Part shown: positions 11,928 through 23,599 of the stretch, piece by piece
Layout: each line of letters opens with the position of its first letter
How positions within the stretch are numbered: position 1 is the stretch's first letter
Assembly: GCA_041488255.1 (NCBI GenBank)
Contig: JBGPOV010000005.1
Coordinates: forward strand, 15,246-79,245
From: Gammaproteobacteria bacterium
GTDB taxonomy: Bacteria; Pseudomonadota; Gammaproteobacteria; Burkholderiales; SHXO01
Length of the DNA: 64,000 bases
Direction: 5' to 3'
Made by a program: the position numbers and the translations under genes
Notes under the pieces: generated by a model
The model's input: the letters and a program-made list of their open reading frames with translations, nothing else
Database searches by the model: none
What the model was told of the DNA's origin: nothing

Positions 11928-12338
11928 TCAAGCAGCAGCCGCGGCGGCTTGGGCGCGAGGCCGCTCGATGAACTCGATCTTATAGCCGTCCGGGTCTTCG
12001 ACGAAGGCGATGACGGTCGTGCCGTGCTTCATGGGGCCAGCGTCCCGCGTCACCCTGCCACCGCGCTTCTTGACCTCTTGGCAGGCCTTGTAGGCGTCGT
12101 CGACTTCGATGGCGACGTGACCGTAGCCGTTGCCCAGCTCGTAGGATTGGATGTCCCAGTTGTGCGTCAGCTCCAGCACCGCGGCTTGCGATTCGTCGGC
12201 GTAGCCCACGAACGCCAGCGTGAAGCGGCCATCGGGATAGTCCTTCTTCCGCAGCAGCTTCATGCCGAGCACATTGGTGTAAAAATCCAGCGAGCGGTGC
12301 AGGTCTCCCACTCGCAGCATCGTATGCAGGATTCTCAT
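11928..12338 (-). CDS. gloA: Lactoylglutathione lyase (glyoxalase I)
   Basis: 136 aa. [21 protein letters not shown]...LELTHNW...[11 protein letters not shown]... Confidence 0.9.
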   Translation of the reverse strand: MRILHTMLRVGDLHRSLDFYTNVLGMKLLRKKDYPDGRFTLAFVGYADESQAAVLELTHNWDIQSYELGNGYGHVAIEVDDAYKACQEVKKRGGRVTRDAGPMKHGTTVIAFVEDPDGYKIEFIERPRAQAAAAAA

Positions 12339-12360
12339 AAACGTGTTCCCTGGCCTTGGG

Positions 12361-12543
12361 TCAAATCTCGATCAGCTCGAAATCCTCCTTGCGCGCGCCG
12401 CACTCTGGGCATACCCAGTTGACCGGTACGTCGTCCCACTTGGTTCCCGGGGGGATACCCTCCTCGGGCAACCCCGCGGCCTCATCGTAGATGAATCCGC
12501 AGATCAGGCACATATAGGTCTTGTAGACGCGCGTCTCGTTCAT
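12361..12543 (-). CDS. Rubredoxin
   Basis: 60 aa with two CxxC knuckles ([10 protein letters not shown] ... WVCPECG). Confidence 0.9.
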   Translation of the reverse strand: MNETRVYKTYMCLICGFIYDEAAGLPEEGIPPGTKWDDVPVNWVCPECGARKEDFELIEI

Positions 12544-12650
12544 AACGCAGCGGGGTGACGATGCAGACTAGAGTAAGATTCGAATTCTAATCGATCCCCT
12601 CCCCACGGAACATTCCCGTTTCGGGCGCCTTCCAGCTCACACGACGCTCA

Positions 12651-13487
12651 ATGTCCTCATCTCCCCCGATCGTGCTGACGTTTGCCGCCGCCGACCCGAG
12701 CGGCGGCGCTGGCCTGCAGGCGGACATACTCACACTCTCGAGCATGGGCTGCCATGCCCTGTCGGTTGTCACCGCGGTCACGGTGCAGGACACGGTGGGC
12801 GTGGAAGACGTGTTGCCGCTGGAGGCGGAGTGGGTCGCAGACCAGGCGCGCTGTGTCCTCGAGGACATGCCGGTCACGGTATTCAAGATCGGGCTGCTCG
12901 GCAGCGTGGAAATCATCGCCGCGATCGCCGAGGTGGTATCGGACTACCCCGAGGTACCGCTGGTGCTCGACCCCGTACTGAGCTCCGGCCGCGGCGACGA
13001 GCTGGCCTCCGACGACATGGTGGTGGCCATGCGCGAGCTGCTGGTCCCGCAGACCACGCTGATTACCCCCAACAGCCTGGAAGCGCGCCGTCTCGCGATC
13101 AACGACGGCGACGACAACGACGACCCCTCGCTGGAGGAGTGCGCCCGCCGCATCCTCACCCTGGGATGCGAGTACGTGCTGATCACCGGCACACACGAGA
13201 ACACCATGCAGGTGGTGAATGTCCTTTACTCCCAGGACGGTGTGGTGCGCTCGGACAACTGGCAGCGGCTCGCGGGCGCCTATCACGGGTCCGGGTGTAC
13301 GCTCGCCTCCGCCATCGCGGCCACCATCGCCAACGGCCTGCCCATATCCGAGGCGGTGCGCGACGCGCAGGAATACACCTGGCAGACGCTGAGTTCGGGT
13401 TACCGGCCTGGGATGGGCCAGCACGTCCCCGATCGCCTGTTCTGGGCGCGTGAGGAAGACGCACAGGATGAGCAGAAGGCGGATTGA
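12651..13487 (+). CDS. thiD: Hydroxymethylpyrimidine / phosphomethylpyrimidine kinase
   Basis: 278 aa. DPSGGAGLQADILT, KIGLLGS and GSGCTLASAIAA motifs. Confidence 0.9.
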   Translation: MSSSPPIVLTFAAADPSGGAGLQADILTLSSMGCHALSVVTAVTVQDTVGVEDVLPLEAEWVADQARCVLEDMPVTVFKIGLLGSVEIIAAIAEVVSDYPEVPLVLDPVLSSGRGDELASDDMVVAMRELLVPQTTLITPNSLEARRLAINDGDDNDDPSLEECARRILTLGCEYVLITGTHENTMQVVNVLYSQDGVVRSDNWQRLAGAYHGSGCTLASAIAATIANGLPISEAVRDAQEYTWQTLSSGYRPGMGQHVPDRLFWAREEDAQDEQKAD

Positions 13488-14127
13488 GCGGCTATACGCC
13501 GTTACCCCGGAAACGTCGGACGGCGGCTGGCTGAGCGCGCGAGTCGAGGCGGTTTTGGCGGGCGGCGCACGCATGATTCAATACCGCAGCAAGAGCGGCG
13601 ACACGCGACTGCGACGCCAGCAGGCGGGCCGGCTGCTCGAGTTGTGCCGCGCGCGCGGTGCGCTGCTGATCGTTAACGACGACGTCGGTTTGGCGCAGGA
13701 GCTGGGCGCCGACGGCGTACACCTGGGGCGTGAGGACACGCCGCCAGCTGCGGCGCGCGCGGCTCTTGGCGACGGAGCGCTGATCGGCGTTTCGTGTTAC
13801 GACAGCCTGGCGCGTGCGCGAGAGGCGCAGGGTGAGGGCGCGGACTACGTCGCGTTCGGCAGTTTTTTCCCGTCGCCGGTCAAGCCGAACGCGGTGCGCG
13901 CGCCGATCGAGCTGCTGCGTGCGGCGCGCGCCGCACTGGATCTGCCGGTCGTGGCCATCGGCGGCATCACGGCTGAGAACGGGCGGGCCCTGGTCGAGGC
14001 GGGCGCCGATGCGTTGGCGGTGATTTCGGCGCTGTTCCAGATGTCCGACAGCTTCTCCGCGGCGCAGGCCCTGATGGCCCTGTTCGAGGCGCAGGACGAA
14101 CCCTTGAGCGTCGGTTCAGGCACATGA
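13468..14127 (+). CDS. thiE: Thiamine-phosphate synthase
   Basis: ORF from GTG 13450. ATG 13468 is preferred (GAGGAAG upstream). LYAVTPE...IQYRSK...HLGRED...VAIGGI. Confidence 0.85.
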   Translation: MSRRRIERLYAVTPETSDGGWLSARVEAVLAGGARMIQYRSKSGDTRLRRQQAGRLLELCRARGALLIVNDDVGLAQELGADGVHLGREDTPPAAARAALGDGALIGVSCYDSLARAREAQGEGADYVAFGSFFPSPVKPNAVRAPIELLRAARAALDLPVVAIGGITAENGRALVEAGADALAVISALFQMSDSFSAAQALMALFEAQDEPLSVGSGT

Positions 14128-15416
14128 CATCGCGAAACCAGGCTTTGTTCGAGCTGTCCCAGAAGGTCATTCCCGCAGGCGTGAACTCGCCTGTGCGCGC
14201 GTTCAGGTCCGTGGGTGGCACGCCTGTTTTCTTCCGGCGCGCGGAGGGCTCTCGAGCCTGGGATGCGGATGGCAAGGAATATATCGATTACGTTGGCTCT
14301 TGGGGCCCGCTGGTGCTCGGCCACGCGCACCCCGAGGTGGTCGCGGCGGTCCAGGACGCGGCCGCGAACGGTCTGAGCTTCGGCGCGCCCACCGAAGCCG
14401 AGTACGAGATGGCAGCTCTGCTGTGCAAACTGCTCCCGTCGCTGGAACTGGTGCGGCTGGTGAGCTCCGGCACCGAGGCCACGATGAGCGCCATCCGGCT
14501 GGCGCGCGGCTTTACCCAGCGCGACAAGATCGTCAAGTTCGAAGGCTGCTACCACGGCCACGCGGACGCGCTTCTGGTGAAGGCTGGCTCCGGCGCGCTC
14601 ACCTTCGGGCAACCGAGTTCGGCCGGGGTGCCGCCAGAGGTTGTGGCACATACCCTGGCCCTGGACTTCAACGACATCGAGGCTGTGACCCGCGCCTTCG
14701 AACGCGACGGCAAGCACATCGCGGCGGTCATCGTCGAGCCGGTAGCCGGCAACATGAACCTGGTCCTGCCGCGCAAAGACTTCATCCAAGGATTGCGGGA
14801 ACTGTGCACGCACTACGGCGCGGTATTGATCTTTGACGAGGTGATGACCGGGTTTCGGGTCGGGCCGCAGGGCGCGCAGGGGTTGTATGGGATCCGCCCG
14901 GACCTGACCACTTTGGGCAAGGTGGTAGGCGGCGGAATGCCGCTGGGCGCCTTCGGGGGCCGGCGCGACATCATGCAGTGCATCGCGCCGCTCGGGCCGG
15001 TCTACCAGGCCGGCACGCTGTCGGGGAATCCCGTGGCAGTTGCGGCCGGAAGGACAACGCTGAAGCTGGTGCAGGCCCCTGGCTTCTTCGACCGACTCTC
15101 CGCAAGCACGGCGAGCCTAACCGACGGGCTTTCACGCGCTGCCCGAACGGCAGGCGTAACGTTCTCGGCGCAATCGATCGGGGGGATGTTCGGGGTCTAC
15201 TTTGCCGCGCGGCCGCCGCAGTCCCACGCCGAAGTGATGGCTTGCGATCGGGATGCGTTCAGCCGTTTCTTCCACGCCATGCTGGACGCAGGCGTATATC
15301 TAGCCCCATCTGCGTTCGAAGCGGGGTTTGTATCGGCAGCGCACACGGCGCAAGACATCCAGCAAACGGTCGTGTGCGCGCAGCGGGCGTTCGAGCGGAT
15401 GAGCGCACGCGCTTGA
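14124..15416 (+). CDS. hemL: Glutamate-1-semialdehyde 2,1-aminomutase
   Basis: 430 aa. [12 protein letters not shown]...[10 protein letters not shown]...[15 protein letters not shown] overlap with thiE. Confidence 0.95.
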   Translation: MTSRNQALFELSQKVIPAGVNSPVRAFRSVGGTPVFFRRAEGSRAWDADGKEYIDYVGSWGPLVLGHAHPEVVAAVQDAAANGLSFGAPTEAEYEMAALLCKLLPSLELVRLVSSGTEATMSAIRLARGFTQRDKIVKFEGCYHGHADALLVKAGSGALTFGQPSSAGVPPEVVAHTLALDFNDIEAVTRAFERDGKHIAAVIVEPVAGNMNLVLPRKDFIQGLRELCTHYGAVLIFDEVMTGFRVGPQGAQGLYGIRPDLTTLGKVVGGGMPLGAFGGRRDIMQCIAPLGPVYQAGTLSGNPVAVAAGRTTLKLVQAPGFFDRLSASTASLTDGLSRAARTAGVTFSAQSIGGMFGVYFAARPPQSHAEVMACDRDAFSRFFHAMLDAGVYLAPSAFEAGFVSAAHTAQDIQQTVVCAQRAFERMSARA

Positions 15417-15426
15417 GTCACCCAGG

Positions 15427-16053
15427 TCATCTAAGGCCGGAGATGTAGCTGGCCACCGCTGCTATCTCTTTGTCGGTCATACGGCCGGCGATGGTGCGCA
15501 TCATGGCGTTGGGATCGTTGTCGCGTTCCCCGCTGCGGAAGTACTGCAGCTGGGCCAACGTGTAGTCGAGGTGTTGCCCGGCCAGCCGCGGATACTGGGC
15601 CGGAATTCCGGCGCCGTCCGGCGAATGGCAGCCGGAACAGGCCGGCACACCGGTATCGATCTCGCCGCCGCGATAGAGCCTCTGTCCGGCCGAAACCAGC
15701 GCCCGGTCCTTGGCTGTGCCGGGTTTGGGCTTCTGCGCGGCGAAGTATGCGGCGAGGTTGCGCAGGTCGTCATCGGACAGGCTGGCAACCATGCCGTTCA
15801 TGACGGGGTTCTTGCGCCGGCCGGCTTTGTAGTCCGTCAACTGCTTATAGAGATAACTGGAATGCTGCCCGGCGAGGCTTGGGTTAGCGGGGATGGGGCT
15901 GTTGCCGTCCACGCCGTGGCAGGCCGCACAAACGCTGCTGACGATGGGCTGGGCCTTCGCGGCGTCGCCCCGTGCAACGGCAGCTCCGCCCGCTTGGGCC
16001 AGCGATGCGGCCGCGAGGACCAGCAGGAGGATCGTCGCTCGGAGATGCCTCAT
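15427..16053 (-). CDS. Dihaem cytochrome c4
   Basis: ORF 15427-16128. Start taken at ATG 16053 (MRHLRATILLLVLAAASLAQA signal). Two haem sites, CAACHG and CSGCHS. Divergent from engB as in Pseudomonas. Confidence 0.85.
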   Translation of the reverse strand: MRHLRATILLLVLAAASLAQAGGAAVARGDAAKAQPIVSSVCAACHGVDGNSPIPANPSLAGQHSSYLYKQLTDYKAGRRKNPVMNGMVASLSDDDLRNLAAYFAAQKPKPGTAKDRALVSAGQRLYRGGEIDTGVPACSGCHSPDGAGIPAQYPRLAGQHLDYTLAQLQYFRSGERDNDPNAMMRTIAGRMTDKEIAAVASYISGLR

Positions 16054-16184
16054 CTTCACTCCTGTATGCTGGCCCGGCGCGCGTGGGCCACCAGCCTTCG
16101 ACGAACCGGCCCGCCGGCGACGCGTCACAAAACAAAGCGCGCATTCTAGCTCATCCAGCGTCCGTCAGACCATCGCGCCCAGTC

Positions 16185-16823
16185 GTGTTCAATAGCGTCT
16201 CCTTCCTGCTCAGCGCCGGCCAGCTACACCAGCTTCCGCCGGACCGCGGGGCGGAGGTGGCCTTCGCCGGCCGCTCCAATGCCGGGAAGTCCAGCGCGAT
16301 CAACGCCATCTGTGGGCGGCGCAAACTCGCCTTCGTCAGCCGTACACCGGGCCGCACTCAGGTCATCAATTTCTTCCAACTGGGCGCTGGGCGACACCTC
16401 GTCGATTTGCCTGGCTACGGCTATGCCAATGTGCCGGTGGCAATGCGGGCGCAATGGGAGGCGTTGCTCGGGACCTATCTGCGAACGCGGCATGCGCTGC
16501 GCGGCTTGATCCTAGTAATGGACGCGCGGCACCCGCTGACTCCGCTGGACCGGCGGTTGCTCGACTGGTTCGCTGTCACCGGCCGCCCGGTCCACGCGCT
16601 GATGAGCAAAGCGGACAAGCTGTCGCGTCAAGCGGCGCAACGGCACCGGATCGAAATGGAAGAGGCGCTGACCCGCCTATATCCAGCCGCCAGCGTGCAG
16701 CTGTTCTCCAGCGCCACATCGATGGGGCTGCACCAGGCGCGGGAGGTCCTGGCGCGCATGCTGGGCGTCGCGGGAGGGCCCGGCCGAGAAGAGGCGACGC
16801 GGGACTCGGTAGGAGAGGGGTAG
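16185..16823 (+). CDS. engB: Ribosome-biogenesis GTPase EngB/YihA
   Basis: The track ORF starts at 15972 but overlaps cytochrome c4. GTG 16185 leaves ~24 aa before the G1 motif AFAGRSNAGKSS, as in E. coli YihA. Confidence 0.85.
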   Translation: MFNSVSFLLSAGQLHQLPPDRGAEVAFAGRSNAGKSSAINAICGRRKLAFVSRTPGRTQVINFFQLGAGRHLVDLPGYGYANVPVAMRAQWEALLGTYLRTRHALRGLILVMDARHPLTPLDRRLLDWFAVTGRPVHALMSKADKLSRQAAQRHRIEMEEALTRLYPAASVQLFSSATSMGLHQAREVLARMLGVAGGPGREEATRDSVGEG

Positions 16824-16859
16824 AATCGCGCCCTGACCCGTGTGCTGGCAGTTCGCGGC

Positions 16860-18100
<1,241 letters not shown>

Positions 18101-18143
18101 GTGCAACCTGACGGCCAAATTTAAGTCACCGCGAAACCGGCGT

Positions 18144-18758
18144 CTATTGGTCCCAGCCTGCGACCAGCGACTCTACCGAGTGTATGGGCGCACGTTCCAG
18201 CGGGCGACCGTCGAACGTCATGCGCAGAGGCTGGCGCCGATGCCGCGTGGCCAACACAGTGATGGAGTAGTCGGCCTCTCGGGTGCTGATCTGGAAGCTC
18301 GGCACAACCGCACTGACATCGCCCGACCAGACCCGAGTCTCGCGCGCGCGAAACGGGATCTCCCGATTGAGCAGGAACACCTCCAGCTCCTTTACATCGT
18401 CGGTATACAAATGGAGGTGGATCTCGGCGTGGCGACCGGCGCTGCCCGAGAGCACGGGTCCTGTCAGGTGGGGGTTGAACGGCTCGAGCAGGCGCATCAA
18501 CTCCAGCGCGAGCTGGCGCAGCCGACGCAGGCGCTCCGGGTGCTCGTTGGCCTGGTACAACGCCTGATAGGCCCGCAGAGCATCCTCGATCTCGAGATTG
18601 GTCGGCAAGTTGCGCGAATCGGGCGCCCCCGCTTGGCGTGCTGCCTTGCGCTTGGCAAGCCCGTAGTCGCTGATGCCATCCACTGCGATCATGCGTGCCG
18701 CGAGGTGCGCGATGCGCCCGCGCATCTGCGCTCGATTTGCGGGTGTCTCCTTGCTCAT
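18144..18758 (-). CDS. Hypothetical protein (204 aa) immediately downstream of mrcA
   Basis: ORF 18144-19073, but the upstream part overlaps mrcA. ATG 18758 (MSKETPANRAQMRG...) lies 5 nt after the mrcA stop. I recognise no family. Confidence 0.55.
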   Translation of the reverse strand: MSKETPANRAQMRGRIAHLAARMIAVDGISDYGLAKRKAARQAGAPDSRNLPTNLEIEDALRAYQALYQANEHPERLRRLRQLALELMRLLEPFNPHLTGPVLSGSAGRHAEIHLHLYTDDVKELEVFLLNREIPFRARETRVWSGDVSAVVPSFQISTREADYSITVLATRHRRQPLRMTFDGRPLERAPIHSVESLVAGWDQ

Positions 18759-18763
18759 GGCGG

Positions 18764-21091
18764 CTAATAGATCTCGTTCTTGATGTCTTCGGGACGCCGC
18801 GGCTCCAACTGCACATCGGACCCCGTCGAGGACTCTTCTTCCGGCGGAAGATTCTCCTGGTAGAAGTATTCGACTATCGTATTTTTCCCGTTTGCCTCGC
18901 GCAATCCAGTCTCCGGATTGATGCGCGCGGCGATCACGCCTTCCGGCACGGGCGGTGAGTCCTCGGGCAGGGTCTTGAGTACGGCCCCGATGAAAGAGAT
19001 CCAGATGGGCAGCGCCGCCACTGCGCCGGTCTCGTTCGGCCCCAGCGAGCGCGGTAGATCGAATCCAACCCACACCACACAGGTGAGATTGCGCTGAAAT
19101 CCGGCAAACCAGGCATCCATCTGGTCATTGGTTGTCCCGGTCTTTCCGGCCAGGTCGGTCCGGCCGAGCGACATCGCGCGCGCGCCGGTGCCGCCCCGGA
19201 TCACGTCCTGCATGATGTTGTACATCACGAACGCGTTGCGGCTGTCGATGCTGCGCTGGGCACCCTCGGCGGCGCGTACCGGAGCCGCCTTCGCCAACAC
19301 CCGGCCGGTGGCGTCGTCGATTCGCGTGATGAAGTACGGCGCTACCTTGTAACCACCGTTGGCGAACACAGAGTATCCGGTAGCCATCTCCAGCGGCGTG
19401 ACCGACCCGGCGCCCAAGGCCATCGTCAGATACGGCGGGTGCTGCTTCGGGTCGAAGCCGAAGCGGCTTACATAGTCCTGCGCGTACTGGGGTGTGATCG
19501 CCTGCAAGATCCGGATCGAGACTAGGTTCTTGGACTTGGTCAACGCCGTGCGCAGGCGGATCGGCCCATCGAACGTGGCGTCGAAGTTCTTCGGCTCCCA
19601 TGGCACCGAGCCGGTCTCGGCGGCATCGATCACAAGAGGCGCGTCGTTGATCACGGTGGCTGCCGTGAAACCCTTTTCCAGGGCCGCCGAATAGATGAAG
19701 GGTTTGAAGCTGGACCCCGGTTGACGATAGGCCTGGGCGGCGTGGTTGAATTTGTTGCGGTAAAAGTCGAAACCGCCCACCAGCGCGCGGATCGCGCCGT
19801 CGCTGGGGTCCATGGCCACCAGCGCGGCCTCTACCTGCGGTAGCTGCACGATCTGCCACTTGCGGGTTTCGTCCTGCTGCACGCGAATGAGCGCCCCGCG
19901 TCGGATCTTGCGGTTGTTGGGCGCTTTCGGGCCGATCATGGTCTGTGCGAACTTCAGCCCGTCACCGGTAATTTCGATTGTCTCGCCGCCTTTGCGATAG
20001 ACCTTGACCGCCTTCGCATCGGCGTCGAGCACCAGCGCTGGATAAATGTCGTCGGCTTCGCTTTGCTCCTGCAGGGCGTCCTCCAGTGCATCCTCGGACA
20101 CGCTCTGCGGTAGGCTGAAGTAGCCCTCCGCCCCACGATAGCCGTGGCGCTTGTCGTAGTCCACTATTCCTTTGCGTACCGCCGCATAGGCCGCATCCTG
20201 CTGCGTCTTGGACAGAGTCGTGTAGACCTTGAAGCCGCGGGTGTACGCCTCGTCCTGATACCGTTCGTACATGGATTGGCGCACCATTTCCGAGAAGTAG
20301 TCGGCCCGCGTCGAGAACGCTGGCTGGTCCCGGACCACGATAACCGGCTTATGGCTCGCCTCCTCGAACCGGGCCGGGTTGATGAAGTCCAGCTCCCGCA
20401 TACGGCGCAGGACATACATCTCTCGGTCCTTCGCGCGTTGCATATTGACGACAGGGTTATAGCGGGACGGTGCCTTGGGCAGGCCAGCGAGCATGGCAAT
20501 CTCTCCCAAATTCAAGTCGCGCAGATTCTTTCCGAAATACACTTGGGCGGCCGACGCGAAGCCATATGCGCGCTGGCCGAGATAGATCTGGTTGATGTAG
20601 ATCTCGAGGATCTGGTCCTTGGTCAGGCTGTGTTCTATCTTGAAGGCGAGCAGCGCTTCGTTGAACTTGCGCGTGAGGGTCTTTTCCTTGGTTAGGAAGA
20701 AGTTACGCGCGACCTGCATGGTTATGGTCGAAGCGCCCTGCCTCGCGCTGCCAGCGGTGAAGTTGTGCAGAGCGGCGCGCAGCACGCCGATGTAGTCGAC
20801 CCCGCCGTGCTCGTAGAAGCGCTCGTCCTCGGCAGCCAGGATCGCCTGCTTCAGTGTTTGCGGGACGTCGGCGATCTTGACTACCGCGCGTCGCTCTTCG
20901 CCGAACTCGCCGATCAGCGTGCCCTCGGCGCTGTAAATCCGCAGCGGAATCTTAGGGTTATATTCCGTCAGGGCCTCGAGCGAGGGCAGCGTCGGATAGA
21001 CGATGGCCGCCGCGTAGCCAGCCAGCAAAAGGACGGCGACGAGGACCGTTCCAAGTGCGAACAGCGGATAGATCCACCAACGTTTAGGCAT
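18764..21091 (-). CDS. mrcA: Penicillin-binding protein 1A (bifunctional transglycosylase/transpeptidase)
   Basis: ORF to GTG 21127. ATG 21091 (MPKRWWIYPLFALGTVLVAVLL) is preferred. GT51 motifs EDERFYEHGG and RKFNEALLA, with transpeptidase SSFKP. Divergent from pilM. Confidence 0.9.
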   Translation of the reverse strand: MPKRWWIYPLFALGTVLVAVLLLAGYAAAIVYPTLPSLEALTEYNPKIPLRIYSAEGTLIGEFGEERRAVVKIADVPQTLKQAILAAEDERFYEHGGVDYIGVLRAALHNFTAGSARQGASTITMQVARNFFLTKEKTLTRKFNEALLAFKIEHSLTKDQILEIYINQIYLGQRAYGFASAAQVYFGKNLRDLNLGEIAMLAGLPKAPSRYNPVVNMQRAKDREMYVLRRMRELDFINPARFEEASHKPVIVVRDQPAFSTRADYFSEMVRQSMYERYQDEAYTRGFKVYTTLSKTQQDAAYAAVRKGIVDYDKRHGYRGAEGYFSLPQSVSEDALEDALQEQSEADDIYPALVLDADAKAVKVYRKGGETIEITGDGLKFAQTMIGPKAPNNRKIRRGALIRVQQDETRKWQIVQLPQVEAALVAMDPSDGAIRALVGGFDFYRNKFNHAAQAYRQPGSSFKPFIYSAALEKGFTAATVINDAPLVIDAAETGSVPWEPKNFDATFDGPIRLRTALTKSKNLVSIRILQAITPQYAQDYVSRFGFDPKQHPPYLTMALGAGSVTPLEMATGYSVFANGGYKVAPYFITRIDDATGRVLAKAAPVRAAEGAQRSIDSRNAFVMYNIMQDVIRGGTGARAMSLGRTDLAGKTGTTNDQMDAWFAGFQRNLTCVVWVGFDLPRSLGPNETGAVAALPIWISFIGAVLKTLPEDSPPVPEGVIAARINPETGLREANGKNTIVEYFYQENLPPEEESSTGSDVQLEPRRPEDIKNEIY

Positions 21092-21179
21092 CAAAGTTGC
21101 TTTGGCGGCGCGTCTGGGAGGAGACACTATTATATGGCCGCTCGGCCCTCCCAGAAATCCACCCGAGAATTAGTTTTAC

Positions 21180-21208
21180 TTGATTTGGGGTTGTTGCTAG
21201 GCTTTAAT
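21180..21208 (+). promoter_or_regulatory. Possible sigma70 promoter of pilMNOPQ (TTGATT-17 nt-TTTAAT)
   Basis: Hexamers and 17-nt spacing read directly in the AT-richer mrcA/pilM divergent region, about 30 nt upstream of the pilM ATG. Confidence 0.35.
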
Positions 21209-21239
21209 GTAGATTGTTGGTATCTTGCCTAACCGGTCT

Positions 21240-22346
21240 ATGCTCAAAGGAAAATTGCAATTTAACGGGGATTGGCTCTCGGACCTGTTCAAGGCGAAGA
21301 CACCGCCGTTGATCGGGGTGGACATCAGTTCCTCCTCGGTGAAGATGGTCGAGCTGGGCGAGGGCGGGAAGGGCCGCATCCGCCTCGAGCGGTATGCCAT
21401 CGAGCCGCTGGCCAAAGACGCGGTGGTCGACGGCAACATCATGAACCTCGAGGCTGTGGGCGATTCGCTGCGGCGCGGCTGGAAGCGTATGGGCTCGCGC
21501 ATCAAGAACCTCGCCATGGCGCTGCCCTCGGCGCAGGTCATCACGAAGAAGATTACGGTGCCGGCCGGCTTGCGCGATGACGAACTCGAGACCCAGGTCG
21601 AAACCGAGGCCAACCAGTACATTCCCTTCGCGCTGGAGGAGGTCAACCTGGACTTCCAGATTCTGGGGCCGGCGACCAACAGTCCGGAGGACGTCGAAGT
21701 GCTGATCGCCGCCTCACGTAAGGAAAAGGTCGAGGACCGCGTGGCGGTGGCGGAAGTAAGCGGTCTGAAGGCGATCGTGATGGACATCGACGCCTTCGCG
21801 GCGCAAACCGCTTTCGAGTTGATGGAAACCCAGCTGCCCGACGGCGGGCGGGACCAGGTGATCGCCCTGGTGGACGTAGGCGCCTCCATGATGAACATCA
21901 ACGTGCTGCGCAACAACCAGTCGGTATACATGCGCGAGCAGCCGTTCGGCGGTAACCAGCTCACGCAGGAGATCCAGCGCCACTACAACCTGTCTCCAGA
22001 GGAGGCCGAGGCCGCCAAGCGCAACGGCGGACTGCCAGACACCTTTGAGGGCGAAGTTTTGAATCCGTTCATGGAGACCCTGGCGTTGGAGGTCACGCGC
22101 GCGCTGCAGTTCTTCTACACCTCGACCCAGTTCAGCCAGGTCAACCACATCTTCCTGTCTGGCGGCTGCGCCACCATCCCCGGGCTCGATCAGGTAGTGG
22201 CCAAGCGCGCCGAAGTCAACGCGCTGATCGCCAATCCATTTGCCAACATGGGCGTGTCGCCAAAGATCAAGCAGCGGCAACTGGCGCAGGATGCGCCCGC
22301 CTTGGTGGTCGCCACGGGCCTGGCCATGCGGAGGTTTGACGCATGA
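21240..22346 (+). CDS. pilM: Type IV pilus assembly ATPase-like protein PilM
   Basis: Track ORF starts at TTG 21225. ATG 21240 is preferred. LIGVDISSSSVKMVEL actin-like fold. First gene of pilMNOPQ. Confidence 0.9.
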   Translation: MLKGKLQFNGDWLSDLFKAKTPPLIGVDISSSSVKMVELGEGGKGRIRLERYAIEPLAKDAVVDGNIMNLEAVGDSLRRGWKRMGSRIKNLAMALPSAQVITKKITVPAGLRDDELETQVETEANQYIPFALEEVNLDFQILGPATNSPEDVEVLIAASRKEKVEDRVAVAEVSGLKAIVMDIDAFAAQTAFELMETQLPDGGRDQVIALVDVGASMMNINVLRNNQSVYMREQPFGGNQLTQEIQRHYNLSPEEAEAAKRNGGLPDTFEGEVLNPFMETLALEVTRALQFFYTSTQFSQVNHIFLSGGCATIPGLDQVVAKRAEVNALIANPFANMGVSPKIKQRQLAQDAPALVVATGLAMRRFDA

Positions 22347-22948
22347 TCCCAATCAACCTACTACCTCACCGCGAAGCGCGACGCAAGGCACAACAACGCC
22401 AGTTTCTGGGGCTGGCTGGCGGTACTTTGGGCGTCGGCGTAGCCCTAGTCGTCCTGGTGCACGGCTTTTTTGCTGAGCGCATCGATACACAGAATTCCCG
22501 CAATCACTATCTCGACAGCGAGATCGCCAAGCTCGACAAGCAGATCGACGAGATCAAGAAGCTCAAGGAGCAGACCACGTCGCTGCTCGCGCGCAAGCGC
22601 GTGGTCGAGTCCTTGCAGGCCAACCGAACCGAGGCGGTCCGGCTCCTCGACCAACTGGTGCGCCAGCTCCCAGACGGGCTGTACCTGAAGCAGGTGAAGC
22701 AGACCGGCGACATCGTGAACGTGCAAGGGTATGCAACGTCCAACGCCCGCGTCTCCACGCTCATGCGCAACTTCGAGGCCTCGCCCTGGCTCGAGGATCC
22801 CAAACTGGTCGAGATCAAAGCGGTGAAGCTGAACAACGCCAACCTGAACGAGTTCAACCTCAACGTCAAAATCACCCGGCCGAAGGAGGAGACGACGCAG
22901 GACCAGAAGAAACCCGGCGCCGCCCCGCCACCGGCCAAGCAGGGGTAG
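22343..22948 (+). CDS. pilN: Type IV pilus inner-membrane component PilN
   Basis: 201 aa. MIPINLLPHRE motif, single TM. ATGA overlap with pilM. Confidence 0.85.
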   Translation: MIPINLLPHREARRKAQQRQFLGLAGGTLGVGVALVVLVHGFFAERIDTQNSRNHYLDSEIAKLDKQIDEIKKLKEQTTSLLARKRVVESLQANRTEAVRLLDQLVRQLPDGLYLKQVKQTGDIVNVQGYATSNARVSTLMRNFEASPWLEDPKLVEIKAVKLNNANLNEFNLNVKITRPKEETTQDQKKPGAAPPPAKQG

Positions 22949-22952
22949 CCCC

Positions 22953-23597
22953 ATGACCCTGGACGAACTCAGACGGCTCAATCCGCGCGATATCGGCAGC
23001 TGGCCCGCGCTGCCTAAACTGGGTGCGCTGGTCCTGCTGCTCATCTTGATCCTTGCTGGCGGTTTCTTTCTCGACTGGTCCAACCAGTGGGACGAGCTGA
23101 AGGCTGCGCGCGCCAAGGAGGACACGCTGCGCAGCCAGTTTCTGGACAAGAAGCGCCAGGCCATCAACTTGGAGGCCTACCGCAAGCAGCTGGCCGACAT
23201 CGAGCAGTCGTTCGGCGCCATGCTCAAGCAACTGCCCAACCGTTCCGAAATGGAAGCCCTGCTGTCCGACATCAACCAGGCGGGGCTGGGGCGCGGCCTT
23301 CAGTTCGAGCTGTTCAAACCAGCGGCGGGCGAGATCACGTCGGATTTCTATGCGGAGTTGCCGATCCAGATCAAGGTGATGGGCAACTACCACGACGTCG
23401 GCGCCTTTGCCAGTGACGTGTCACAGCTGTCGCGCATCGTGACCCTCAACAACATCGCCCTAGGCCTTGACAAGGACGGCAACCTCATCATGGACGCCAC
23501 TGCGCGCACCTTCCGCTACCTCGACGAGGAGGAAATCGCTGCGCAGCGCAGGGCCGCGCGTGAAAAGGCCGAGAAGGCGAAACAGGGCAAGAACTGA
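22953..23597 (+). CDS. pilO: Type IV pilus inner-membrane component PilO
   Basis: 214 aa, TM plus coiled coil. Position in operon. Confidence 0.85.
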   Translation: MTLDELRRLNPRDIGSWPALPKLGALVLLLILILAGGFFLDWSNQWDELKAARAKEDTLRSQFLDKKRQAINLEAYRKQLADIEQSFGAMLKQLPNRSEMEALLSDINQAGLGRGLQFELFKPAAGEITSDFYAELPIQIKVMGNYHDVGAFASDVSQLSRIVTLNNIALGLDKDGNLIMDATARTFRYLDEEEIAAQRRAAREKAEKAKQGKN

Positions 23598-23599
23598 CC

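Noticed and set aside
12544-12650. Possible TPP (THI-box) riboswitch upstream of thiD. GGGGTG and CTAGAG are reminiscent of GGGGUGC...CUGAGA.
   Set aside because: The ACCCUUUGAACCUGAUC and GCGUAGGGA cores are absent and the region is too short. It looks like an AT-richer divergent promoter region containing an ATTCGAAT palindrome.
15972-16184. The track's long N-terminal extension of engB.
   Set aside because: It overlaps the cytochrome c4 gene and promoter region. GTG 16185 gives the normal distance to the G1 motif.
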